Shown here piece after piece: positions 13,290 through 26,297 of a stretch of DNA of 64,000 nt; the stretch's first letter is position 1; every line of letters begins with the position of its first letter. The notes under the pieces were generated by a model. It ran no database searches. It saw only the letters and a list, made by a program, of their open reading frames with translations, and had not been told where the DNA came from. A program made the translations under genes and the position numbers. Where the stretch lies: the NCBI RefSeq assembly GCF_963921235.1, contig NC_086097.1:254016001-254080000 (forward strand), given 5' to 3'. Origin of the DNA: Mobula hypostoma (Eukaryota).

Positions 13290-14720
13290 GTAATTCCACA
13301 GGTAAACAAAAGTATTCCACAGATTCCATGATGGTGAAACAAGATAACAGTTGCTATAGATCTTGTCCGTTGTGTCGTTCCAAATCCACATACGAGTTAT
13401 CACCGAAAGTGATCTGTCACAGGGATATCGTCATCAAGTGATTACCACACAACATACCAGGCAAGGGTTAACACATAAGTGGTCTTCACAGGATATCCCA
13501 AACAAAACCCACTCCTTTGGATTATACGAAGTGACAGTCCCACATTCGTTGTGCACCATGTGCCAATATTTAACCCAATTCTTTGGGCTTAAAAGAGTTT
13601 CAAACCATTGCAGTGACCAGCTGAAGTTTCATCAGCTGGTTCTCTCTCTCTCTCTCTCAACTGTGACTGTCTGTATCCTTGTTTTAAAGGTAACCAAGCT
13701 GCAAGTCAGTCAGTGAACAACATCATAGCCCCGCCTCACTTATGCACTCTTAAAGTGACAGTCCACAGTAAATGAAACCTGTGGGTTCGTAACACTTCCC
13801 CCCAAAAAGGAAAATTTTGATCTGAAAGAGCAAAATGTTAGCTGCGAACTACACAATGTGAAATGATACATGTATGGTAATATTAAAACATATTGCAGAA
13901 ATGTTTACAAATACCAGATTCTACTCCACTATTAAAAATACATTGCAAGCTTAACATCTGGAAAGACAATCAGCAATTACATTATCTTTGCCTTTAATGT
14001 GAGTGATCATAAGATCATATTCCTGCAAAGTCAGACTCCAGTTTAACAGCCGTCCGGTTTTGTCCTTCATCTCACTCACAATCACCAATGGATTATGATG
14101 TGTGTAAACCACAAGTGGTTTCTGAGCTGGGCAAACACAAACATCAAAATGCTGCAAAGCTAGAATAAGTGACAACAATTCTCTCTCCATGGTGAAATAA
14201 TTTCTTTGATGCTCATTGAATTTCCTTGAAAAGTAAGCTACAGGATGTTCAAGCCCATCACAGTCATTCTTTTGTAGTAACAGTGCCCCCGCAGCTTCGT
14301 CACTGGCATGTACAGCTACAGCGAACGGCTTTCTAAAATCAGGCGCTCGGAGCACAGGTTGATGACATGAAATGGCTTTTAACTGATCAAATGCCTCCTG
14401 ACAAGGTTCTGTCCAAACAAACTTTTCACCCTTCCTCAGTAGGTTAGTCAAAGCAAGAGCAATATCAGCAAAGTTCTTACAAAACTTATAATATCCAACC
14501 ATTCCCAGAAATCTTTTGAGAGCCTTTTTACCAGTTGGAATGGGAACTTCAGAAATTGCGAACTTTTACTTGAACAGGAGCCAGCTCACCCTGACCTACC
14601 ACATAACCAAGATAGGTCACAGTGGCATGGCCAAGTTCACTCTTAGCTAAATTAACTGTAAGATTGGCCTTTGAGAGCCTTTCAAAGTTAACCAATGGAA
14701 GAGCATGACCCTCCATTGAA
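13290..14720 (-). mobile_element. Gypsy-superfamily (Gmr1-like) remnant: RT thumb/RNase H, PPT, partial 3' LTR (~13290-13793)
   Basis: ORF 13951-14502 (AVHASDEAAGALL..HPVAYFS..ERELLSLI..KGKDNVIADCLSRC*). On the minus strand GGGGGGAAG precedes TGTTACGA. Confidence 0.8.
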
Positions 14721-14724
14721 GACA

Positions 14725-15780
14725 TCCGCACAATCTGAGCAGACTAGATTTTGACAAGGAAACGTCGAACACCCAGAAACAAAAGGGTTCTTTATGGTAA
14801 TACAGGATCAGGTGGTTAACACAAAAATGATCAAAAATACATAATAAAAGACCAACAAATTCAAAATGATAAATGTAGAAAATGCTAAGAAAAAGCAGAA
14901 ACAATCCAACACATTACAGGATCCTGTAGCAGTTTAACACAATCTGATTACTTACACAAACACAATCAAGTGGCAAACATCATTCACCAAAATCTTGCTT
15001 TAAAATACAAGCTCATAAAATAAATTACAATTTACTATAAATACAATCCTGATCCAGTTTTAGAGTCAGAATACCACAAATTATATTATGACTGATCAGT
15101 TATCATTGTCCCGATATAATAATACAGGATAGTCAGAGGCTTTTTCCCAGGGCTGAAATTGTTGCCACAAGAGGACACAGGTTTAAGGTGCTGGGGAGTA
15201 GGTACAGAGGAGATGTCAGGGGTAAGTTTTTTACTCAGAGAGTGGTGAGTGCGTGGAATGGGCTGCCAGCAACGGTGGTGGAGGTGGACACGATAGGGTC
15301 TTTTAAGAGACTTCTGGATGGGTACATAGAGCTTAGAAAAATAGAGGGCTATAGGTAAGCCTAGTAACTTCTAAGGTAGGGACATGTGCGGAACGACTTT
15401 GTGGGCCAAAGGACCTGTATTGTGCTGTAGGTTTTCTATGTTCTATGTTCTATAAACAAGCAAGAACAGCCTATTTAATAGATATAGCCATTCCAAACAT
15501 ATGTAACTTACAGAAACTAATGTGAAAACACCAGATATATGCTGAATTAAAAGAGAAAATTGAAAGACTTTGGAATATGAACTGAGCATCCATTGTCCTG
15601 ACAGTAATATCTAGCATTAAACAATTAGGGCTACACAGTAATATTTATGTTAATCTCCAGAAGGACAATACTAAACAGCACTAGAATAGTGAAAAATTCC
15701 GAGCAATTGAGAAATGAGCGTGCTTGGCTATGCCCGTATCTCAGGTTTTACCAGCTTCAGCTGAGAAAAAATTAATGTCA
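14725..15780 (+). mobile_element. 3' part of an R4/Dong-like non-LTR element with restriction-like endonuclease, decayed
   Basis: Frameshifted translation: [61 protein letters not shown]. Confidence 0.75.
15127..15452 (+). mobile_element. CR1 3' fragment inserted in the R4-like element
   Basis: GGATAGTCAGAGGCTTTTTCCC...TTCTATGTTCTATG tail. Confidence 0.85.
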
Positions 15781-15789
15781 CAGCAACAT

Positions 15790-16541
15790 CTTCACTCTCA
15801 ACATCAATAAGATGGAAGGGCTGATTGTGGACTTCAGGAAGGGAACACATACCAATCCTCTTAGAGGGATCAGAAGTGGAGAGAGTGAGCAGTTTCAAGT
15901 TCCTGGGTGTCAAGATCTCTGAGGACCTAACCTGGTCTCAACATATCGATGCAGTTATAAAAAAGGCAAGACAGCGACTATACTTCACTAGGAGTTTGAA
16001 GAGATTTAGTATGTCAACAAATACACTCAAAAACTTCTATAGATATACCGTGGAGAACATTCTGACAGGTTGAATCACTGTCTGGTATGGAGGTGTGACT
16101 GCACAGGACCGAACAAATCTGCAGAGTAGTCGGCTCCATCCTGGGTAGTAGCCTACAAAGTACCCAGGACATCTTCAAGGAGCGGTGTCTCAGGAGGCAG
16201 CATCCATTATTAAGGACCACCAGCACTCAGGGCACGATCTTTTCTCAGACAGGAGGTACAGAAGCCTGAAGGCACACACTCAGCGATTCAGGAACAGCTT
16301 CTTCCCCTCTGCCATCCGATTCCTAAATGGACATTGATCCCGTGCACACTACCTCACTTTTTAAATAAATATTATTTCTGTTTTTGCATGATCTTTAATT
16401 GATTTTAAATATATATTTGTGTGTGTACGTATACTGTGATTTATTTATTTATCTTCTATCCTCTGTATTGCGTTGAACTGCTGCTGCTAAGTTAACACAT
16501 TTTCACGACACGTGCTGGTGATAATAAGCCTGATTCTGATT
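15790..16541 (+). mobile_element. Rex1/Babar LINE 3' fragment
   Basis: [30 protein letters not shown] and a (CTGATT)n tail. Confidence 0.85.
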
Positions 16542-16836
16542 GAGCTAGGGAAAATGAAATGACAAGCTAATGTTCTGGACTGAAAACCTAAATCCTGGGC
16601 TTTTAATAAAAGAGGCTTCAAATTTAGTGGTTGCACAACTTGATATCTTTCCAAGGTTCTGGAAAGTTCTAGTGGATTGGTCCTATTCATGGAAAGAATG
16701 AGACGGAAAGCAGGAAACTGTAGGCTTGCTGGCCTGAGTCCAGTCCTTGGGAAAAGTGCTGGACACTGTGGGAGGATATTCAGAAAACAATCAGAGTCAT
16801 GAAGATCAAATGTTTCAGAATCCTTTGGAGGATGAA

Positions 16837-19800
16837 ATGAACAGAGTGCATAAAGGGGAACCAGCAGATGCAATAAACAAAGTATATAAAGGGGACAGCA
16901 GATGTAATGAATAGTCTATATAAAGGGGACAGCAGATGTAAGGAACAGAGTGTATAAAGGGGACAGCAGATGTAATGAACAGAGTGTATAAAGGGGACAG
17001 CAGATGTAATGAACAGAGTGTATAAAGGGGACAGCGGATGTAATGAACAGTCTGTATAAAGGGAACAGCAGATGTAATGACAGTGTATAAAGGGGACAGC
17101 AGATGTAATGACAGAGTGTATAAAGGGGACAGCAGATGTAATGAACAGTCTGTATAAAGGGGACAGCAGGTGTAATGAACAGAGTGTATAAAGAGGACAG
17201 CAGATGTAATGAACAGTCTGTATAAAGGGAACAGCAGATGTAATGACAGTGTATAAAGGGGACAGCAGATGTAATGACAGAGTGTATAAAGGGGACAGCA
17301 GATGTAATGAACAGTCTGTATAAAGGGGACAGCAGGTGTAATGAACAGAGTGTATAAAGTGGACAGCAGATGTAATGAACAGTCTGTATAAAGGGAACAA
17401 CAGATGTAATGACAGAGTATATAAAGGGGACAGCAGATGTAATGACAGAGTGTATAAAGGGGACAGCAGATGTAATGAACAGTCTGTATAAAGGGGACAG
17501 CAGGTGTAATGAACAGAGTGTATAGATGGGACAGCAGATGTAATGAACGGTCTGTACAAAGGGGACAGCAGGTGTAATGACAGAGTGTTTCATGGGGACA
17601 GCAGGTGTAATGACAGAGTGTATAAAGGGGACAGCAGGTGTAATGAACTGTCTGTATAAAGGGGACAGCAGATGTAATGAACAATCTGTATAAAGGAGAC
17701 AGAAGATGTAATGAACAATCTGTATAAAGGGGACAGCAGATGTAATGACAGAGTGTATAAAGGGGACAGCAGATGTAATGAACAGTCTGTATAAAAGGGA
17801 CAGCAGGTGTAATGAACAGAGTGTATAGATGGGACAGCAGATGTAATGAACTGTCTGTACAAAGGGGACAGCAGGTGTAATGACAGAGTGTTTCATGGGG
17901 ACAGCAGGTGTAATGACAGAGTGTATAAAGGGGACAGCAGGTGTAATGAACTGTCTGTATAAAGGGGACAGCAGATGTAATGAACAATCTGTATAAAGGA
18001 GACAGAAGATGTAATGAACAATCTGTATAAAGGGGACAGCAGATGTAATGACAGAGTGTATAAAGGGGACAGCAGATGTAATGACAGAGTGTATAAAGGA
18101 GACAGCAGATGTAATGAACAGTCTGTATAAAGGGGACAGCAGGTGTAATGAACAGAGTATATAAAGGGAACAGCAGGTGTAATGACAGAGTGTATAAAGG
18201 GACAACAGATGTAATGAACTGTCTGTACAAAGGGGACAGCAGGTGTAATTACAGAGTGTTTCATGGGGACAGCAGGTGTAATGACAGAGTGTATAAAGGG
18301 GACAGCAGGTGTAATGAACTGTCTGTATAAAGGGGACAGCAGATGTAATGAACAATCTGTATACAGGGGACAGCACATATAATGACAGAGTGTATAAAGG
18401 GAACAGCAGGTGTAATGACAGAGTGTATTAGGGGGACAGCAGGTGTAATGACAGAGTGTATTAAGGGGACAGCAGGTGTAATGACAGAGTGTTTCAAGGG
18501 GACAGCAGGTGTAATGACAGAGTGTATTAAGGGGACAGCAGGTGTAATGACAGAGTGTATTAAGGGGACAGCAGTTGTAATGACAGAGTGTATAAAGGGG
18601 ATAGCAGATGTAATAAACAGTCTGTATAAAGGGGACAGCAGATGTAATGAACAGTCTGTATAAAGGGGACAGCAGATGTAATGAAGAGTCTGTATAAAGG
18701 GGACAGCAAGTGTAATGAACTGTCTATATAAAGGGGACAGCAGGTGTAATGAACAGAGTGTATAAAGGGGACAGCCGATGTAATGACAGAGTGTTTCATG
18801 GGGACAGCAGGTGTAATGACAGAGTGTATAAAGGGGACAGCAGATGTAATGAACAATCTGTATAAAGGGGACAGCAGATGTGATGACGGAGTGTATTAGG
18901 GGGACAGCAGGTGTAATGACAGAGTGTATTAAGGGGACAGCAGGTGTAATGAACAGAGTGTTTCAAGGGGACAGCAGGTGTGATGACAGAGTTTACAAAG
19001 GGGATAGCAGATGTAATGAACAGTCTGTATAAAGGGGACAGCAGATGTAATGAACAGTCTGTATAAAGGGGACAGCAGATGTAATGAAGAGTCTGTATAA
19101 AGGGGACAGCAAGTGTAATGAACTGTCTATATAAAGGGGACAGCAGGTGTAATGAACAGAGTGTATAAAGGGGACAGCCAATGTAATGACAGAGTGTTTC
19201 AAGGGGACAGCAGGTGTAATGACAGAGTGTATTAAGGGGACAGCAGGTGTAATGACAGAGTGTATTAAGGGGACAGCAGTTGTAATGACAGAGTGTATAA
19301 AGGGGATAGCAGATGTAATAAACAGTCTGTATAAAGGGGACAGCAGATGTAATGAACAGTCTGTATAAAGGGGACAGCAGATGTAATGAAGAGTCTGTAT
19401 AAAGGGGACAGCAAGTGTAATGAACTGTCTATATAAAGGGGACAGCAGGTGTAATGAACAGAGTGTATAAAGGGGACAGCCGATTTAATGACAGAGTGTT
19501 TCATGGGGACAGCAGGTGTAATGACAGAGTGTATAAAGGGGACAGCAGATGTAATGAACAATCTGTATAAAGGGGACAGCAGATGTGATGACGGAGTGTA
19601 TTAGGGGGACAGCAGGTGTAATGACAGAGTGTATTAAGGGGACAGCAGGTGTAATGAACAGAGTGTTTCAAGGGGACAGCAGGTGTGATGACAGAGTTTA
19701 CAAAGGGGATAGCAGATGTAATGAACAGTCTGTATAAAGGGGACAGCACATGTAATGAAGAGTCTGTATAAAGGGGACAGCAAGTGTAATGAACTGCCTA

Positions 19801-22730
19801 TATAAAGGGGACAGCAGGTGTAATGAACAGAGTATATAAAGGGAACAGCAGGTGTAATGACAGAGTGTATAAAGGGACAACAGATGTAATGAACAGTCTG
19901 TATAAAGGGGACAGCAGGTGTAATGAACAGAGTGTATAAAGGGGACAGCCGATGTAATGACAGAGTGTTTCATGGGGACAGCAGGTGTAATGACAGGGTG
20001 TATAAAGGGGACAGCAGATGTAATGAACTGTCTGTATAGAGGGGACAGCAGATGTAATAACGGTCTGTATAAAGGGGACAGCAGATGTAATGACAGAGTG
20101 TATTAAGGGGACAGCAGGTGTAATGACAGAGTGTATTAAGGGGACAGCAGTTGTAATGACAGAGTGTATAAAGGGGATAGCAGATGTAATAAACAGTCTG
20201 TATAAAGGGGACAGCAGATGTAATGAACAGTCTGTATAAAGGGGACAGCAGATGTAATGAAGAGTCTGTATAAAGGGGACAGCAAGTGTAATGAACTGTC
20301 TATATAAAGGGGACAGCAGGTGTAATGAACAGAGTGTATAAAGGGGACAGCCGATGTAATGACAGAGTGTTTCATGGGACAGCAGGTGTAATGACAGAGT
20401 GTATAAAGGGGACAGCAGATGTAATGAACAATCTGTATAAAGGGGACAGCAGATGTGATGAAGGAGTGTATTAGGGGAACAGCAGGTGTAATGACAGAGT
20501 GTATTAAGGGGACAGCAGGTGTAATGAACAGAGTGTTTCAAGGGGACAGCAGGTGTGATGACAGAGTTTACAAAGGGGATAGCAGATGTAATGAACAGTC
20601 TGTATAAAGGGGACAGCACATGTAATGAAGAGTCTGTATAAAGGGGACAGCAAGTGTAATGAACTGCCTATATAAAGGGGACAGCAGGTGTAATGAACAG
20701 AGTATATAAAGGGAACAGCAGGTGTAATGACAGAGTGTATAAAGGGACAACAGATGTAATGAACAGTCTGTATAAAGGGGACAGCAGGTGTAATGAACAG
20801 AGTGTATAAAGGGGACAGCCGATGTAATGACAGAGTGTTTCATGGGGACAGCAGGTGTAATGACAGGGTGTATAAAGGGGACAGCAGATGTAATGAACTG
20901 TCTGTATAGAGGGGACAGCAGATGTAATGAACAGAGTGTATAAAGTGGACAGCCGATGTAATGACAGAGTGTTTCATGGGGACAGCAGGTGTAATGACAG
21001 GGTGTATAAAGGGGACAGCAGATGTAATGAACTGTCTGTATAGAGGGGACAGCAGATGTAATGACAGAGTGTATTAAGGGGACAGCAGGTGTAATGACAG
21101 AGTGTATAAATGGGACAGCAGGTGTAATGACAGAGTGTATTAAGGGGACAGCAGGTGTGATGACAGAATGTATTAAGGGGACAGCAGGTGTAATGACAGA
21201 GTGTATTAAGGGGTAGCAGGTGTAATGACAGAGTGTATAAATGGGACAGCAGATGTAATAACAGTCTGTATAAAGGGGACAGCAGATGTAATGACAGAGT
21301 GTTTCATGGGACAGCAGGTGTAATGACAGAGTGTTTCAAGGGGACAGCAGGTGTAATGACAGTGTGTATTAAGGGGACAGCAGGTGTGATGACAGAGTGT
21401 ATTAAGGGGACAGCAGGTGTAATGACAGAGTGTATTAAGGGGACAGCAGGTGTAATGAACAGAGTGTTTCAAGGGGACAGCAGGTGTGATGACAGAGTTT
21501 ACAAAGGGGATAGCAGATGTAATGAACAGTCTGTATAAAGGGGACAGCACATGTAATGAAGAGTCTGTATAAAGGGGACAGCAAGTGTAATGAACTGCCT
21601 ATATAAAGGGGACAGCAGGTGTAATGAACAGAGTATATAAAGGGAACAGCAGGTGTAATGACAGAGTGTATAAAGGGACAACAGATGTAATGAACAGTCT
21701 GTATAAAGGGGACAGCAGGTGTAATGAACAGAGTGTATAAAGGGGACAGCCGATGTAATGACAGAGTGTTTCATGGGGACAGCAGGTGTAATGACAGGGT
21801 GTATAAAGGGGACAGCAGATGTAATGAACTGTCTGTATAGAGGGGACAGCAGTTGTAATAACAGTCTGTATAAAGGGGACAGCAGATGTAATGACAGAGT
21901 GTATTAAGGGGACAGCAGGTGTAATGACAGAGTGTATAAATGGGACAGCAGGTTTAATGACAGAGTGTATTAAGGGGACAGCAGGTGTGATGACAGAGTG
22001 TATTAAGGGGACAGCAGGTGTAATGACAGAGTGTATAAATGGGACAGCAGATGTAATAACAGTTTGTATAAAGGGGACAGCAGATGTAATGGCAGAGTGT
22101 ATTAAGGGGACAGCAGGTGTAATGACAGAGCGTATTAAGGGGTAGCAGGTGTAATGACAGAGTGTATAAATGGGACAGCAGATGTAATAACAGTCTGTAT
22201 AAAGGGGACAGCAGATGTAATGACAGAGTGTATTAAGGGGACAGCAGGTGTAATGACAGAGTGTATAAATGGGACAGCAGGTGTAATGACAGAGTGTTTC
22301 AAGGGGATAGCAGGTGTAATGACAGTGTGTATTAAGGGGACAGCAGGTGTGATGACAGAGTGTGTTAAGGGGACAGCAGGTGTGATGACAGAGTGTATAA
22401 AGGGGACAGCAGGTGTAATGACAGAGTGTATAAATGGGACAGCAGGTGTAATGACAGAGTGTTTCAAGGGGACAGCAGGTGTAATGACAGTGTGTATTAA
22501 GGGGACAGCAGGTGTGATGACAGAGTGTATTAAGGGGACAGCAGGTGTAATGACAGAGCGTATTAAGGGGTAGCAGGTGTAATGACAGAGTGTATAAATG
22601 GGACAGCAGGTGTAATGACAGTGTGTATTAAGGGGACAGCAGGTGTAATGACAGAGTGTATTAAGGGGACAGCAGGTGTAATGACAGAGTTTACAAAGGG
22701 GACAGCAGGTGTAATGAACAGTCTGTATAA
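16837..22730. repeat. ~5.9-kb minisatellite with a 30-31-bp unit (AAAGGGGACAGCAG[A/G]TGTAATG[A]ACAG[A/T][G/C]TGTAT)
   Basis: Continuous tandem array with variant units, roughly 190 copies by length. It accounts for all the repetitive ORFs in this interval. Confidence 0.97.
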
Positions 22731-22731
22731 T

Positions 22732-25311
22732 GGAATCAGAATCAGAATCAGGTTTACTATAACCAGCATGTATTGTAAAATTTGTAAACTTACCAGCAGC
22801 ATTTCACTGCAATACATAATATAGAAGAAAAAATATAAAATAATAAATAAATAAACTGACAAACAAACAAATAAATTAATAAAAATCTTATTCAGTATGT
22901 TCTATACAGTATACTTATATTGAATAGATTAAAAATCATGCAAAAATCAGAAATTCCATATATTTAAAAAAAGTGAGGTAGTGTTCAAAGATTCAATGTC
23001 CATTTAGGAATCGGATGGCAGATTGGGAGAAGCTGTTCCTGAATCGCTGAGTGTGTGCCTTCGGGCTTCTGTATCTCCTACCTGATGGTAACAGTGAGAA
23101 AAGGGCATGCCCTGGGTGCTGGAGGTCCTTAATAATGGACGCTGTCTCTCTGAGACACCGCTCCTTGAAGATGAGCTGGGTACTTTGTACGCAAGTACTC
23201 AACATGGAGCTGACTAGATTTACAACCCTCTGAAGCTTCATTTGGTCCTGTGCAGTAGCCCCCGCCCCCCACACACTAGGCAGTGATGCAGCTTGTTAGA
23301 ATGCTCTGCACAGTACACCTATAGAAGTGTATTTGTTGACATACCAAATCTCTTCAAACTCCTAATGAAGTATAGCCACAGTCTTGCCTTTTTTATAACT
23401 ACATCGATATGTTGGGACTAAGTTAGATCCCCAGAGTTCTTGACACCCAGGAACTTGAAACTGCTCACTCTCTCCACTTCTGATCCCTCTATGAGGATTG
23501 GTATGTGTTCCTTCGTCTTACCCTTCCTGAAGTCCACAATCAGCTCTTTCGTCTTACTGACGTTGAGTGCCAGGTTGTTACTGCGGCACCACTCCACTAG
23601 TTGGCATATCTCACCCCCCTACGCCCTCTTGTCACCACCTGAGGTTCAACCAACAATGGTTGTATCGCCAGCAAATTTATAGATAGTATTTGAGCTATGC
23701 CTAGCCACACAGTCATGTGTATATAGAGAGTAGAGCAGCGGGCTAAGCACACACCCCTGAGGTGCACTAGTGTTGATCGTCACCGAGGAGGAAATGTTAT
23801 CACCAATCCACACAGATTGTGGTCTTCCGGTTAGGAAGTCGAGGATCCAATTGCAGAGGGAGGTACAGAAGCTCAGGTTCTGCAACTTCTCAATCAGGAC
23901 TGTGAGAATGATGGTATTAAATGCCGAGCTATAGTCGATAAACAGCATCTAGACGTAGGTGTTTGTGTTGTCAAGGTGGTCTAAAGCCGTGTGAAGAGCC
24001 GTTGAGATTGCATCTGCCATTGACCTATTGTGGTTATAGGCAAGTTGCAATGGGTCAGGTCTTTGCTGAGGCAGGAGTTCAGTCTAGTCATGACCAACCT
24101 CTCAAAGCATTTCATCACTGTCAATGTGAGTGCTACCAGGTGATAGTCATTAAAGCAACCCATATTATTCTTCTTAGACACTGATATAATTGTTGCCTTT
24201 TTGAAGCAAGTGGGAACTTCCACCTGTAGCAGCGAGAGGTTGAAAATGTCCTTGAATACTTGCGCTAGTTGGTTGGCACGGGTTTTCAGAGCCTTACCAG
24301 GTAGTCCATCGGGACCTTCTGCCTCGCAAGGGTTCGTGCTATTGGGTTTCGCTTTGTCGGATGTAATGTCTTTCAAGCCCTGCCAGAGATGTCGTGCATC
24401 CAATCTCACCTCCAGACTCGTACGAAATTGTCTCTTCGTCCTTGAAATAACCCTCCGCAAATCATACCTGGTTTTCTGGTACAGGCCTGGGTCACCAGAT
24501 TTAAATGCTACAGATCTAGCCTTCAGTAGACGACGTACCTCCTGGTTCATCCGTGGCTTTTGGTTTAGGAATGTACAGCAAGTCTTTGTAGGCACACACT
24601 CATCCACACAGGTTTTAATGAAGTCAGTAACAACTGCAGCATACTCATCCAGGTTCAAAGATGAATCCCTGAATACAGTCCAGTCCACTGATTCAAAGCA
24701 GTCCTGTAAGAGCTCCTGTGCTTCCCTCGTCCATACCTTCTCGGTCCTCACTGCTGGTGCTGCAGTCTTCAGTCTCTGCCTGTACTCAGGGAGTAGAAGT
24801 ACAGCCAGGTGATCAGACTTCCCGAAGTGAGGGCGTGGAATAGCACGGTAAGCATTCTTGATGGTGGTGTAGCAATGGTCCAGTGTGTTGTTTCCTCTAG
24901 TATTGCAAGTGATCTGTTGATGGTAGTTGCTTAGTGAGTGTTTCAGAATCTCCCAAAACAATGGTGAAGGCGTTAAGATGCGTTGTTTCGTGCATGTTGA
25001 TCCCATTGCTCAGATCATCTAAAGCCTGCCTGACATTGGCCTGAGGTGGAATGTAAACTGTTACCAAAATGACCCTAGAGAACTCCCGTGGTAGGTAAAA
25101 AGGACGGCACTTTACTACTAGATATTCCAGGTCTGGTGAGCAGAATTGGGACAGCACTGATATATTGGTGCACCAAGAAGACTTGATCATGAGGCATACT
25201 CCTCCACCTCTGCTTTTGAAAGACTCTATAGATCTATCCTGACGGTGTATCGTAAGCCCGTTGATCTGGTTCGCTGCATCTGGTACAGAAGGGGTTAACC
25301 AGGATTCCGTA
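22732..25311 (-). mobile_element. Rex1/Babar LINE, 5'-truncated, internally deleted and frameshifted
   Basis: APE (TLDHCY, GKSDH) and RT ([17 protein letters not shown]) fragments, with an (AATCAG)n tail at 22734-22751. Confidence 0.9.
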
Positions 25312-25652
25312 CTTCCCTTCCTTTCCCATTCCCCATTCTGGCTCCCCTGTCACCCCGTCTCTTGTCCTGACCTGCACAGCACCTCCCTCTGGTGTCCTCC
25401 TCTGATTCTTTCTCCTCTCCTGTCAGATCCCTTTGGCTCTTTCACCTGTCACCTCCCAGCTTCTTATTTCACTCCCACTCCCCCATCCACCCTGACTCCC
25501 CCTCACATGTCCTCACTGATCACTTACTCTGGTGTATTATCCTCTTCTTTTCCAGTCCTGACGAAGGGCCTCGGCCTGAAACGCCGACTGTTTATTTCCC
25601 ACAGACGCTGCCTGACCTGCTGAGTTCCTCCAGCGTTTTGTGTGTGTTGCTT
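25312..25652 (+). mobile_element. Penelope-like 3' end containing a hammerhead-like motif (25554-25589)
   Basis: Pyrimidine-rich UTR, then AGTCCTGACGAAGGGCCTCGGCCTGAAACGCCGACT. Confidence 0.8.
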
Positions 25653-25689
25653 TACATAAATGGATTCTGCATGAATAAATAGTTTATGG

Positions 25690-26150
25690 CATCGGAAGCT
25701 TCTATGGAGAGGAATAATCAGCAGAGGTTTTGGGCTGAGACCCTGCATTAGGTTCAGAAAGGGAGGAGATAGGCGGCAGAATAAGGAGGTGGGGGGGGCA
25801 GGGGAGGAAGGTACACAATCTGGCAGACAATAGGTGAGGCCAGGTGGCTGGAAAAGGCAAGGGGCTGGAGAAGGGGGAATCTGACTGGAGAGGAAAGCGG
25901 ACTATGCGAGAAAGGGAAGAAGGAGGAGCACCAGAGGGAAGGGATAGGCAGCTGAGGAGAAGAGGTAAGAGACTAGAGTGGGGAATTGAAGAAGAGGGAA
26001 AGGGGAGGGGGGAAATTACCAGAAGCTGGAGAACTCAATGATCATGCTATCAGTTTGGAGGCTACTCAGATGGATTACAAGGTGTTGCTCCTGACTTCAT
26101 TGTGGCATGTTGGAATGGGAATATGAATAGCAATTAAAATGGTTGGCCAT
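25690..26150 (-). mobile_element. Penelope-like 3' end with decayed GIY-YIG C-terminus
   Basis: Reverse complement resembles 42715-43230. Confidence 0.7.
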
Positions 26151-26297
26151 CGGGAAACGAATAATCAGCACCTTCTTTCCATTCACCTACTCAGTAGTGC
26201 CTACTACGCATGTTGCAACTAATCAGAATGCTTTCCACTCTACGTGGTAGAAATTTGCTCGTGTCATGGATAACACTCAAGGTGTCCATCTTGCACA

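Larger units (their letters stand above)
3803..13290 (-). mobile_element. CR1 LINE host element (ORF1 esterase end, APE endonuclease, RT) split by three nested CR1 insertions
   Basis: Collinear minus-strand pieces: 13127-13290 (VVISGLLP..DGLHLNPKG), 7958-8509 (LNARSIRNK..ETWL), 6386-6738 and 3803-5770 (ORF 3874-5226 with GVPQGSVL and FADD). Confidence 0.85.

Noticed and set aside
16780..22862. Long Cys/His/Tyr-rich or MTECIKGTAGV-repeat ORFs (up to 486 aa)
   Set aside because: They are translations of the minisatellite, open in several frames at once, with no sign of coding constraint.
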